From Ascidiella aspersa (taxonomy: Eukaryota), in the NCBI GenBank assembly GCA_963924565.1, contig OZ004607.1, positions 29,512,001-29,576,000 of the forward strand: a stretch of DNA of 64,000 bases. The letters run 5' to 3'. Below, piece after piece: positions 12,775-24,999 of the stretch (the first letter of the stretch is position 1; every line of letters begins with the position of its first letter). The notes beneath the pieces are model-generated. The model was given only the letters and a program-made list of their open reading frames with translations. It was not told the origin of the DNA and did not search any database. Made by a program: the position numbers and the translations under genes.

Positions 12775-13019
12775 TTAGAAAGGCCTAGATGACAGCAGTT
12801 GTAACCTACACATGCTCTTTAATATTAGCTTATTTTATGTCGTCATATTCCGATATTGCTGTCTACGCTCCCCATTATTGCTGGCGCAAAGGGTAATACA
12901 AAGTCTAAAGCAGTGCATCGAAAAATATTTATTCAAAGATATACTATCTGTACAGCATTGCATGCTATACAAGGCCCAAATTATGGCCGTTGAGGTCTTG
13001 GTCAATCGTGTACTGATTT

Positions 13020-13034
13020 AGCGCCACCTACCGG
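13020..13034 (-). promoter_or_regulatory. CTCF-like motif
   Basis: agcgccacctaccgg = reverse complement CCGGTAGGTGGCGCT, close to the CTCF core consensus. Confidence 0.55.
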
Positions 13035-14774
13035 GTAGACTATATCGTTTGGAGTGAAAATTATTTGCGAATAAGTCATGCTTGCGATTTTATTTTGTTG
13101 ATAATACTCGCTAATAATAATATTTGGTCTAAACAAGGCGTTCTGATGTAATACCAATTATTAAAGTATAGTGGACATACGTAAAAAAATGTTTTTTTTT
13201 AAAGTAAAAAGGTAAGAAAAAGATGGAATTTTTGAAAAGAAAATCGGATTACTAGGCTGTTAGGTATATAAATGCTTTGCGAAAAAAAGGTGCTTTAGAT
13301 TTTTATACTTCGACCTTGTAATTAGATTTTTATTGTTTTTTATTTGGTTTATTTTTGTATGAACTTCGTGTTATCTTAGAACGCGGTAACTAATCAAGCT
13401 TTGTTAGTAAGTGTTAATCTACAAAGTCTATGGAACTATGGACTTGGGCGCCGACTGTAGTCGTTTTATATGGTTACGTTTATTAGGATTGCTACTGAGC
13501 CGGATTTTCCAATTATTTGGACTATATCAAATAAATTCAAAATTATTGATTTTATGTGCTGTTCGCTCGCAAAACCTGCATTGAAGTGAGTTTGGTTCGC
13601 CAAAGCTTCGCTGTTAAGTTACGCGTATTTGTTTGGGTAGCTGCAAAAAAAGTTAGGGAAACAACGTGCAAAGTCTCTACCTATCCTGTAAAGTGGATTC
13701 GCAACAATACATGGGAACGACGGTAATCTTCGCTTGGTATTTCTTAAATTAAATCCAACTAAAAACTATAAAAAGTCTAACAAGATTTACAAGCCGGACC
13801 AAAGTTTACTTTTATTTGAGTATATAGTTGAAATTTATTAAAATATAATTTCTGAATGGTCCATCGCCTGTACGTTTGTAAGAACTCTTGCAGTTTTCGA
13901 AAATCTATACGCACCTAATAATTTTGGTGTTATATAAAATGGAAAATTTACTCTTTACAAAAACTAGGAAATCAACTTGAACCAAAAACTAAGAAGTAGG
14001 AAAAAAATGTTTTTGAAGATAATTCAATTGCGTAAAAATGCTGTTACATAAAGTCTTATCAATTTGCTCAAAATGGGTCTTCAGTGATGAAATGGTTTAC
14101 TATTAAATAAAGCTGAGGCTATACTTAAGATTAATAGTGACGTCATAACAACACCCACAAGTGGCAAAACCCCCCACGTTGGAAAACTCTGCCAAAAATC
14201 CTCACGCATAACCAAGAAATGGCATGAACTTGTATCTTTCTTTCTTCCTCACTTTTACGAATATTTGCTCTCAAGTGTTGTCCTTTCTGTGGCGGTTTTA
14301 CAGCTAGAGGTCATATAAGAGCCTTGACAATCATCGTTTCTGCGAGACGATTAGGTGCCGCAAAAAAGTTTAACGATTGTGGGTTCGTCGCTTATGTACG
14401 TTTTATTTCATATATTCACTCCACCAATTTTTCTATATTAACAGGCCTTTAAAAGTGATAAAACACAGGTCTTTATCCTTCGTTGTGTTATTTTCACGTT
14501 TGTTGAAAATTGTGTTTTAACATTAACGACTTTGGCAGTAGATTATTTTGGATTGTGCTTGCAGACCTTATAATTGGCGACTATATTTTTACCGATTGAT
14601 GCAAGCACTGGTAAGTTCATAAATTGGTGTTGGACAATGCATATAGCATATTAAGTTGTTTTCCAGTAGCTTTTATTTAGAGATTGTATGAATTTTATTA
14701 CCTTGGTTGACATTAAACCAAACAAATCTTAAAAAAAATATTTAAAAATTGTTTGAGCTTCATGCCATTTTTAA

Positions 14775-15017
14775 CCGAAACCGCTACCCGACGTTTTAAA
14801 CGAAAAATATCACGATCCGATACCGTATCAATAACTTCATAACGATATGCTCAAACACGCAAAATAGTTTAAATTAAAAAAATTCAAGGATACTTTTTCT
14901 CAGATTATTAGGTCAAACTTTTCTGTAGTTTGGGGTGACCAAATTATGGTTAAAATACCTATATAAACTAAGTATCGGTTCGTTTTGTCTCCTATCCGAT
15001 ATTATCGAACATCCCTA
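14775..15017. mobile_element. decayed hAT-type MITE fragment (TAGGGATG-type end)
   Basis: Repeated ccgata(c/t) subterminal motifs ending in acatcccta; the other end is not identified. Confidence 0.35.
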
Positions 15018-16499
15018 TTTGTCATTTGGTTAAAATTTCTCTAATAGTTCGTTTAGATTTGCACTCGACATTTCGCTAATAAAAATTGAAAATGTATTTT
15101 ATTTCTTTTGGTAGTAAGTATAGTATTTGCCGGGACAGGTAAACGCTTATTTGCGAAAGTCTTGCGATTAATTTAAATATAAATTATTTGTTATAAATAT
15201 TCTCTGTTACATTCATGTATACATGACTTTTACATTTGTAGTTTTTGGTGTAAATGCTGCGGTTTGTATGCACTTATTATCAACAGGTGATTCGTCCTTA
15301 TTACACGTCGATTGCGAAAGGTCAATGAAACGAAGTTACGTTTTAGGCAAAGTGCAAACAGCAGAAAGCAATTATTAGTCAGCAGCAGTCTTTAAAGCTT
15401 CGCATAACAGTGATGCTTTAATCTAATTGCTAACGTTACAGTTTAGCTTTTCTGTCCACTATTAACTGTAACCAAATATACTATGTCAATTAAATCCAAA
15501 TATTGCATTAAAAACAGATTACTCTAGAAGGCCTAGATTATAGATTGTAGGCTATATGTTAAGCTACACGTGCCTAGCGTACACTATAGCAATAAACAAG
15601 AAAATTATCAGATCTAAATTATATCAGCAGAATTTGAGTTGGTGAAAGTATACACACCTCTAAATAGTCACGTGGGCAACTGTTTTTCCCGATTTTTAAG
15701 CTACACTAAAACTCTATAGTGAATATTTAGTTTTCAATGTAATAATAGGGCTTTTCAAATATTGTTACGGTATATAAATATTAACAACACCAAAATACTA
15801 AGATTTAATGACACCTATTCTTATCCATTATTTCCAGTTAAAAAAATATGATTGTACGCCAAAATATTTTTTGTTTCCAATATAAAGCCGACAGTATTTT
15901 TGCCATTTGCCCGTTAAGATTGTATTCCACTGCCGTGCTGAAACCGACTGCCAAACACAAAAATCTATTTTCTGTTAAATACGGTTGCTCTTGGAGCGTC
16001 ATAGCCTCGATAGGAAAAGAAGCGATAATATAATACGAAAAGGATTCTCATACCTTTAAGACATCGACTATCCGCTTTGTTTAATAACGAAAACCGCAGT
16101 TTAGGTTGTTTTTGTCTCCCGATCTCATTTATTGACGCATAATAAATACCTTAGGTTGTTCAATCCTACCAATTTAAATAAAAGAGAAAACACATTCCAC
16201 CTACTTTAGAATTTTTAACGCGGAAAAGGGTATGCCAAGTTTGAAAGTTTAACATATAGTTTTACAATGAAAGCAGTTTTATTACTATGTTTATTCCTTA
16301 ACATCAAGCTAAGCATTTAGCATGCTTTATTCTAGAACATTTTTTGTTGTTGTTTGCAACCACAAAATGTCTAATATCGTTTTAACGCTACGCACAAGGG
16401 TAATTTTATTTCCAAATACGGATTTGAACATATCTCTATCTAAATACGTTGAACACACAATAGCTCTCAATTAAAGGGTCTGACACCGTGGAACGATGT

Positions 16500-16770
16500 G
16501 CAACAGCAGATAGGCGGGTCTTCTAACAGGCGCGCAGCATAAGGCGGCAACGGCGAGGCAGAAGCGCAGCAAGGCCAATATAGGCCGGCAGACGCGCGGA
16601 CCAATCAATGATTTTAAAATGTATTTATATGACGAGGGCCGCGGCCACCTGTCGCCCGCCCTACGCAACGCCGGTCGCGGGAACACAGCCTCCTGGGTGT
16701 GAACCGGCGCACATGTCCCCGTTACGCGCCCCACCCACCAATGAACCCCTCTCCCAGCGTGCCCAGAAGA
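16500..16770. promoter_or_regulatory. CpG-rich promoter/enhancer module
   Basis: Perfect CArG ccaatatagg 16575-16584; CCAAT at 16601 and 16738; A/T-rich gtatttatat 16621-16630; E-box cacctg at 16646. Confidence 0.5.
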
Positions 16771-18632
16771 TTCAAAGCGTTACCTAAGGCTTTCGAAACC
16801 GGTTTAAATCATATACGTAAAGGTGTAAAAAATTGCTGTTCGAAATGTTCAAGAGCTTTGCTGTGAGCAAGGGCGAACGTACGTTACGACAATAGCATAT
16901 TATGTTACGCCAAACTGCAGGATCCCCAACTTTACGGCCTGTCGGATGCCAAGCGCTTCATGAAATGTCTTTAAATTGTATTAATATAGGCGAACTGTAA
17001 GAAAAACAATTGAATATATAAAACAACTGCCTCATCAGTTAACGGTTTTCCGAATTTCCATAACGAAGAGAAGAAATGGTGTCAAATGTAACAAATTATA
17101 AGGTGACAACAGAAAACGTGATAAGATAAGAAATAAAGCGTGAGGTGCAAAAGTGGAAATGCGAATTAATTTACATGAGTGAGAAAGAAAGAGGGGGAAA
17201 CGAACAACACGCGCACATACGATAAAACTAAGAAACAATAACGCACACCCAAACAATGAAATAATCGGTGCAACATATACTCGGAGCACACTTGTCGAAA
17301 GTAGTCGCAAAAGTTTGCCTGTTTTTACGCGAGTATAAGGCCGCGTCGAAGAATAAACACTTTTACTCGCGAAGCGACGCGGCCCCTCGAAGACAAACAT
17401 TGACGAGTCGATCGGAAACTAAACTTCTGTTTTCTTTCTCTGTTTGGAAACTTGCGGCGATAGAGGCTTCGGCGTGTTCTCCGGGTGGTTAGACTCGCAG
17501 GCCAGTGTGTTGCAATTCTCCCATTCTATGGCCGTTGGCGTATATTGCGGGTCAATTTCCCACAATATTAAATACAGTATTACCAATGTCTAAAGCTGTA
17601 ACCACATGTAAAGCGCATATATACAAGCACTATGAAACACATACATTGCTTGAATTTTTATGCTTAATTCCCGGAAATCGAAACATGTTTGTCGTTTGAC
17701 CATTTAGGCCGTTGTTAGTAACAGGAATTATTTTTAAGACGACTTTCATATTTTACGATCGCTGTGGAAAGGCAATCGTCAAAATCTGTCATCGAATCTA
17801 TTTAAATTGTGGCATCGAACAGTTGCGTTTTTATTGATCATGTCGTTTTAAATTGTTGTGCGATCATTAAAAGGGCCTCGCGTGAGATTGTGACCTGCCG
17901 CTTACAAAAAAATACAGCTTACCGAAAACAAATTCCACAAAATTAGTTCACAGTTTTATATTGGTGTGTATGTGTTAGAATTGGTGACATTTCATCCCGG
18001 AGTCGGGTAGCAAATCAGGAGGTACAAACCACCCAACAGTGGCCTGGGAGACGAGAAGCGAAAGGGTGCATCATTAATTCCTATACGCTTTAAAGCACGA
18101 GCGGCTTAACTTTGTTAAGAAATCGTCGCGCTGGTGCCAGCAGTTGCCGTGATGTAAACGATATAGATCTCCTATAGATCGGCATCGCGAGATGGCCCGT
18201 TTATACGGTGGGCAAGTGGGGACAGCAGAAGAGGCAGCAGCAGGTATAGTGGCCGCTTGTATACGACGGACACGAATGACAGATGTTGGCTTATTGATTT
18301 TGAACGCGGGAAGCGCCAGATGCCGAGACGCGATCGCTGATGCCTCTTGTTCCTGGCCGCTTCCGCGCAGCCCGGGCTCGGTTTTGGCCCAACCGGCCTC
18401 GGGTCCGCGTAGCTTATGATTGGGCCTTGTGGAAAACGACCTGCTGTTGGTCTTTAATTGCGCTGATCGAACCTGGCGTGGTTTTGTGGGTCCTATACAA
18501 TTCGCCGCCTTACTTTATGAAGTTGTCTTTTTAAAAATCCCTGGTACATCACTGGTACTCAACAACCGTTGCTATGCTTGGTTATTAAAGCACTTCTTAC
18601 CCTGACTAATATAAATCTCATTCGTTCTAGAT

Positions 18633-18972
18633 CGGGGGTTCCCAAACTTTTTTACCGCAGACCCCTGAAAATATTTTTGCTTCGCGTGGACCAATGTGGG
18701 CAAGGAATTTTAGAGATGACGTCATAAGTTGATGTCACAATACAAACAGGCAATAAAAAACTGCTGTTTCCGGTCCAAAAAATTGTGAAAGCGCAATGGA
18801 GTTTAAATGTATACTCAGTGCAAAAACGTTGTATTTTAAATTTAACACTTTTTTTGAAAAATTATTACTTTTTAAATATACACTAATATTCCAATATAGG
18901 GGTCTTCATGGACCCCTTAAAACTAATTCACGTAACTCCAAGGATTCCATGGACCCCAGTTTAAGAACCCTG
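18633..18972 (-). mobile_element. hAT MITE family A, copy 4 (inverted)
   Basis: cgggggttcccaaac...tttaagaaccctg; flanks ttctagat / ttctggac resemble the Charlie NTCTAGAN target. Confidence 0.82.
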
Positions 18973-21900
18973 TTCTGGACACTCTGCTCTAGCACGACGT
19001 TTTTGCTCGTAAAAATTACACTGGAAATATTCTTGAAATCCGTTTCCACACACCTTGTTTAAATCAACATGAAGTATTCTGAAATAACGTTGACAAACTG
19101 CATCTGATTTTAAGTTTGAAGAGCAACGTTTGAACAACGAAGTTGACCATACTAAGGAACTGTATGCCAACTTTATATTATATTTCTCATGAGGCACAAG
19201 CTTCCGTGTGTAATAAAAAGTGGCGACAGCCTGTACGATATTTAGAGTTAGTCTTCTAGTTTGTGTGCAGTTGCGTATCTAGCCGTGAGCAATAATTGTG
19301 CTGAGGTTGTCTTGATTATTTTAGGCGAAACTAAAATTGATCCAGGTTTGATATAATCACACTTTAAATTGTGAAACGGGAGCCGAGTTCACAAAATTTA
19401 AACGAAACCACAAATTTAAACGAATGCAACAAATTCTGGTGACTAATTTGTGAATGACATCTGGTTTTATTTGGTTAAACAAGTTTCCGACAGCAACATA
19501 GTTCGCATTCCGTAATTTATTTAACAAAATTAAGTTAGGTGTCGCTTAAAGTCGAATATGTGCACAAGAAATTTTAAGCCTTCAGGTGTCGCCTAAAGTC
19601 GAAATTGAGCTTAAAATTCCACGATATTTTAGCAAAAATAGTATAACATGCTAAACATTGCGCTTGACCAACAAAATAAAAAACTAAGATTTGTTTTTCG
19701 TTTAGCAAATCGTAATTCGTCGCGCCGCCGCCGAATCAAAACAGAAAACGAAACGCCTATTGATTTCATTTTGCCGACGGGCGGGTTATGATAAAACAAA
19801 AACAAAAGATAAAGGCGACGCGTGTATTTCATCCAGAAAGCGACCGTGGATTACAGGCGTGTCGAAATTTCGTCTTGGTCGTCGTCGGCGAAAAACAGAC
19901 GAACGGGCCAAAAAACAAGCGCGTATCGATTTTGCTTTCGTTTTCCTCGGGCCCCGCGCCGATGCAGCATTCGGATTGCTAATAATACACGGCGGCGGTG
20001 GGGGGAGGGGGGCGAAAAGTACGCTGCGGGACACTTTTTGGCGAATATTTCCCGGACGTTTTTTCGTCAAAATCGCGATATCGCGCGGCGCTTGGGAATT
20101 GGCGGGCGCGCGTTGCCCTGGCGCGCATGAGCGTCGCGTGCACATAGCGCTGACACGTGCGCCCAAATTGATCAACATATCGAAAATCCATACGACTGTG
20201 CTGAACACCTTATGTTCGGGCGCGGGGCCGGCGCGAAGCGACAGTCGCTAATACAATTATCGTTAAACAGATGTCCGCCGATCAAAAATAGCGGCGTTTC
20301 CGCCATGAGCAGGTCTCCGCGCGCCACCAGCGGCTTGTTGCTTTCCGCGCGCTTTAAGAAAGCACCGTGGGAGCGCGCGCTGCAGTTGTCGCGTATCGTC
20401 GAGCCTCGCCGACGGCTGCTTGCTTGCCTTCGGTTGTGGGATGTACTGCGAACTTAAGTTGTGTCGCGTTGATAGCGAGTTCTCGCGAAAATTTCTTTCT
20501 TGCCCTATAAGATCGTTTCACGACGTTTACATATAATGCGGTAGACATCGACGGGCAGGCGAGAATGGTTTGATTTGGGTGATTTTGGCAGTCGTTTGAT
20601 AAACGCTTTAGTGTAATGGGAATTTAAGTACAGCTGTCGGGGTTACTTGTACAGGTGAAGTTTATAATTATTATTTTGCCAGGTTTTGAGATGTGTGGCC
20701 TTTTTTATCATTTGTCCAATGTACAGTAAGTTGTAATGTGTCGTTTTAGCGCGCGAGATAATTGGTTATGCTAAGTTTGTCCATCACAATTTTCCCGGTC
20801 GATTTAATTTATAACCGCGTTCGTCACAAACTATACGATCGTTATTAGCAATATATCAGAACAATTTTGTTCGAGCGCTTTCGGAGTTACCGGATCTGCG
20901 TGTTTCGCATAGAACAAGGCAACAGCGAAGTGCATTAAGCTTCTCTTACCAACTTGATTAAGATTTCTATGTCCAATATTTGGCGGACAACCCGCGCGTC
21001 GACAAGTGAGCAAGCATGCGAGACAAGAAAGAAAGCAGAAGAGTGCGCCGCCGCCCATAGGCCCCAAAATAAAAATCCTTATGCGCCGAAAGGCCCGGGT
21101 ATTCATAATTTATGGATCTTCGATCGCAATTGGTGGGCAACACTTTCCCGACAGCCGGCGGGAGGCCGCCTCGCCCCACAGACCTCTTGCACCCGTCTTG
21201 CAGCAGCGGCATTATCAGCTGCCGCGGTCGGTCGTCGCCGTATTGACCACTTCGCCTAGCTGCTCCTTACGAGCCTGGGCTGTGAGTGGGCTTCCAAGCA
21301 GAAAGATATCAATTGCGTATATAGAGGCGTTAAATAGTCTGGACGTGTAAGCTGTAAAAGCCTTAGCCAAAATAGATAGCGTACTATGTTTAAAGTTGCC
21401 TATTAGCAGGTGTCTTGCTATTGCAAAACAACTTGTGTTTAGCAGATGCGTTAAAAAAAATATATATTACACCTCGCCGTTAATTTTAAACGTATTGCTG
21501 ATCACGCTGATAATACAGCCAAGTTTATCGAGCAACATTCAGATCGTGTTTTTACGTTTGGATTGCAAATTAGCCAAACGTTGGCCCAAAAGTATTCAAA
21601 CGAAGTAACTCAGATGTATAAGCTAGGGATGTAAACTGTCCAAAAGTTTGCAATAAATACGCAGCCGTTGTTTGTTTTGAATATCGAGGTTGCCAAACAC
21701 GTCTTAACCCCACTACTGCCGCAAAGATAAATTTTAATTTCTACCTTCACCAAAAAGTATTGACTTTCGACCTTCACCCCCCAAAAATATTAGAGTTTTC
21801 AAACTAACCCAGAAAGCTGATGACCGCTGATGCTGCCTAGGTCGGGGATACCAAGCCCCTCCTCCTATAGTCCCACGAGTGCCCGGGCCGCTGCCTGGCG

Positions 21901-22651
21901 TGGTGGTGATTCGACCGGGTCGATGTGCCGCTTCCCTGGAGGCAGGCCGGTGGCCCGCGTCTTCTCCACATCGATCGCCAATCGCCGGTAAACAGCAGTT
22001 GCCGTACACTGCGGCGGCCCGGGCGCGCATCGACAATTCGCTACGGTGTACAGCCGCCTGTTTCAACCCTCTTTACCATGGGCTGGGTTGATTGCTTTGA
22101 GTGTTTGGCAGGCCATACGCTGTCAGTTAGTACAGGGGCTAAAATGCAGGAGGATAAAGAAAAAAAAACAGTTCTCATTTATTTTTACCTTGAATGGGCA
22201 AACCAATCATAAGATGTGAAGAATTGCTAAGCTGTTTGGTAGCTTGAGCATTGGCAAAGGAACGTAGCACTTGTCCTACAGTTTAACATTGATGACGAAT
22301 TTTGTTCTTTAAGGAATAGGATATGGCTGTAAAAGTTGAATGGTCGGAGAATCTGTCTTTTATAGTAATTTGCAAACAGATAGATGTTGTTTTGGCTTTG
22401 TAAACTGTAATATGATTCATTTCAGTTTAATGTGATTTTCGCTCTAAATGTTTCTTCTACTCCGCCTTGTCTATAGTTTGATTTTTAAGTGTTTATCCAC
22501 CAATATACAATAAATTGTCTCGCGACGGAAAGATCAGCAACATAACAAAAATGTTTTTTTGTAAAGGTATTTAGAGATTGCTTGGTGCTGCTCCTTGTAG
22601 CTTGGTCTTTCTGCAGTAAAACTTTTGTTGTAACGCCGTTTGAAACTTAAA

Positions 22652-22737
22652 ATGAAGTCCCAAACCAGCATCACCACTACAAACATGAACACGAGAAACG
22701 ACAGAAAGATTCAAAAAGCGTCGGAAGCCGCAAAAAG
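22652..22737 (+). CDS. bHLH coding exon 1
   Basis: aaaATG context; MKSQ...KASEAAK(R)|gtgtga; phase 2 matches exon 2; acceptor ctgcag at 22616 upstream. Confidence 0.75.
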
Positions 22738-23808
22738 GTGTGATTTGTTGTACATTGAGGTTTAGCTTTAAACAATAAAAAATAACCGCTAGATTAAACG
22801 TGTTACTTCGTATCTGATTTTTAAACGTTAGATTGGATTTTCAGACATTTGTTTTAAACAATGTTTAACATAACGTATACAGCCACAAAAGTTACACCTT
22901 TGAAGCCTTGGTTTTTATACTTTATTTGGAGCAACGCTCAACGCATTATTTCGTGTTTAACTTGATAACATTGTATAACACAATCAGACATCCAAAGGGC
23001 ATTTGTATTATAACCCACGGCAAAAGAATTGCTGCCAGAACGGCGTTCCGTTAAAAAAAAATGCGGATACGCCGTTTCGGAACAAAATGTGTTTCTTTAT
23101 CATGCTATGTATCTTTTTACCATACGGCCAAATTTTCGAATGTATTTAAACCACGATTTCAGTTGCATGTTTGTGCGCTACATCGAACGGTAACCTCAGG
23201 TTTCCTAAGGTTCCTTATTTAAGATGTCCCGTTAAGAACTTTGTAACGTCATGCCTAAAAACTTCGTCGTTACTACAAGAAAACTAAACCACTTTCACCA
23301 CTGGGTAACACACTAATTAAGATTTTGTCGAATAAAACACACCAAGTAAATAACGTGCGACGATTTCGTATTGCTGAAACATCTAGGAATAGTCCTAAAC
23401 GGCTGAAGCACTTTATGAAGTAAGAAATTTCCCGCAGAAAATAAAATGCAAAAGAAAGATTCATTTGGATTAAGAAACTGAAGATGCCTATTTATAAGGC
23501 AAAAAATATTTTTTGTAAAATTTTAAGAAATTATTTTATGTTTTATACCTGTCTTGACAAACGGTCTTAAAATTAGCCCTAATAGGCTTATACCTACATC
23601 TAACGCGTGTTACGTTGTCTTCGCTAACGAAACGCATTTTTTCCACCAAAGGAAACGTCTGCGCACGGTTGCGCTGCAGCTCGCCTTTGTGCGTCTGCGT
23701 CGGCTCCTGCCTCCCAGCAACCTACCCAAGGAGAACATGAGCGAAGTGGAAATCCTGCAGGCGACGCGACGCTACATCATTCTTCTCAACGAGATGCTGC
23801 ACAACTGA
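22652..23808 (+). CDS. Small atypical bHLH protein, 2 coding exons, 80 aa
   Basis: Exons 22652-22737 and 23652-23808, phase-2 GT-AG intron. Product MKSQTSITTTNMNTRNDRKIQKASEAAKRKRLRTVALQLAFVRLRRLLPPSNLPKENMSEVEILQATRRYIILLNEMLHN*. Helix 1 (AFxxLRxLLP) and helix 2 (SxxEILxxxxxYIxxL) signatures. Confidence 0.85.
23652..23808 (+). CDS. bHLH coding exon 2 (HLH)
   Basis: ttttttccaccaaag| then a GC-rich HLH-coding frame to TGA. Confidence 0.9.
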
Positions 23809-24993
23809 GCGGTGGACTGGCGTGCTTTCAGCCTTTGCTTTCTTCATCCGCGCCGCAACCCTATTTAAAGTTCTCCGCGCGCTTTTGATTTTCCCGACGA
23901 AACGTGAATCGTCGTCTTTTATTTTTTTTGTTCAAGTTTCAGATTTGCCGTTTTCGCTCTTTCGCCCTGTTTTCTTTCGTCGGAGCTCGAGATGCTATTT
24001 TGTGTATCGCATCCGAGGCTATTTCTGGTGGTTGTTTTTCTTGAACGAGTGAACTGCGACGGCGGTTCCGAAATCTTCTTCAGCTTTGTTCTCACTATTC
24101 GTTTTGTTTTCGCGTCCACATAACTGTGAAGATGTCACTGTTGCTTGCCATTAGCTATATGTTCGAAATATTTTTTCATGTTTCTTTTATCGTAAAGTTA
24201 GCCTATCTCTACTAATTTTCAATTGATAAATGAAACGATCTATTTTTTAATTTCGAATTTGTGTAACAGAGGTTGCCATCAATTTCTTAATGATGTTTCG
24301 AAAAAATTGTTCCAAAATTTCTCGATTTTCGTGGTGTAAAGTGTGGTGAGCTGTTCCCCTCTTATGTTCCTTAGGATAACATATTATTTGTTCTTTGGCA
24401 TGTATGATGGTGTTAACTTGCCGATTTGTTATGAACTGTATTCAGAAGTGGAGCATAGTTCACCAAAATTATATAATTTTTTTTTATTTTTTAGGAAAAC
24501 CACTGCAGATTGCTAACCTTTCGAACGACAATTTTAATCAAGATTCAGAAATTTTAATCAAGATTTTGAATCGTTTATTTATAAAGCTTAAAGGTAGTTC
24601 GCGTGAATGGAAGCTAGTCTTGACGCGAGTAAAGTTGTTTTTTTTTTCGAGGATTTCAGAATCTTTTTATTTCCTACTACTCGTAACTGTGTTTTTTGCC
24701 CGGCCGCGTATTTGTGCTGTTGGGCATATCGAAAGGGCACGTGCAATAACAGTAGAAAGGTGCAAGCTTTGCTGTGGGAGTGCAATAATTAAGAGGCTGA
24801 ATGCCAAGTGGTCTATACGCTCACGACATATACCTGTTCTATATGTTTTACATTTTTCGCGACGCTGGCAGTTTGACTCACATTGCGCTAATGTATACTG
24901 CGCCACTATGGTTTGATCTGTGTGTACAGAGCCCCGATATACCTTTATGCCTCGTTTGCATGGTGTCTGGTCTTTTGTTTAGACATGCTTATC

Positions 24994-24999
24994 AATAAA
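24994..24999 (+). terminator. candidate bHLH poly(A) signal
   Basis: AATAAA followed by GT-rich sequence, ~1.2 kb after the stop. Confidence 0.55.

Noticed and set aside
19760-20457. Overlapping long ORFs (163 aa +, 140 aa -)
   Set aside because: Open frames on both strands of a GC-rich island, with no domain, codon bias or splice-compatible ends; better explained as regulatory DNA
24395-24916. 173-aa ORF
   Set aside because: TTG start, AT-rich, no recognisable motif; lies in the bHLH 3' UTR
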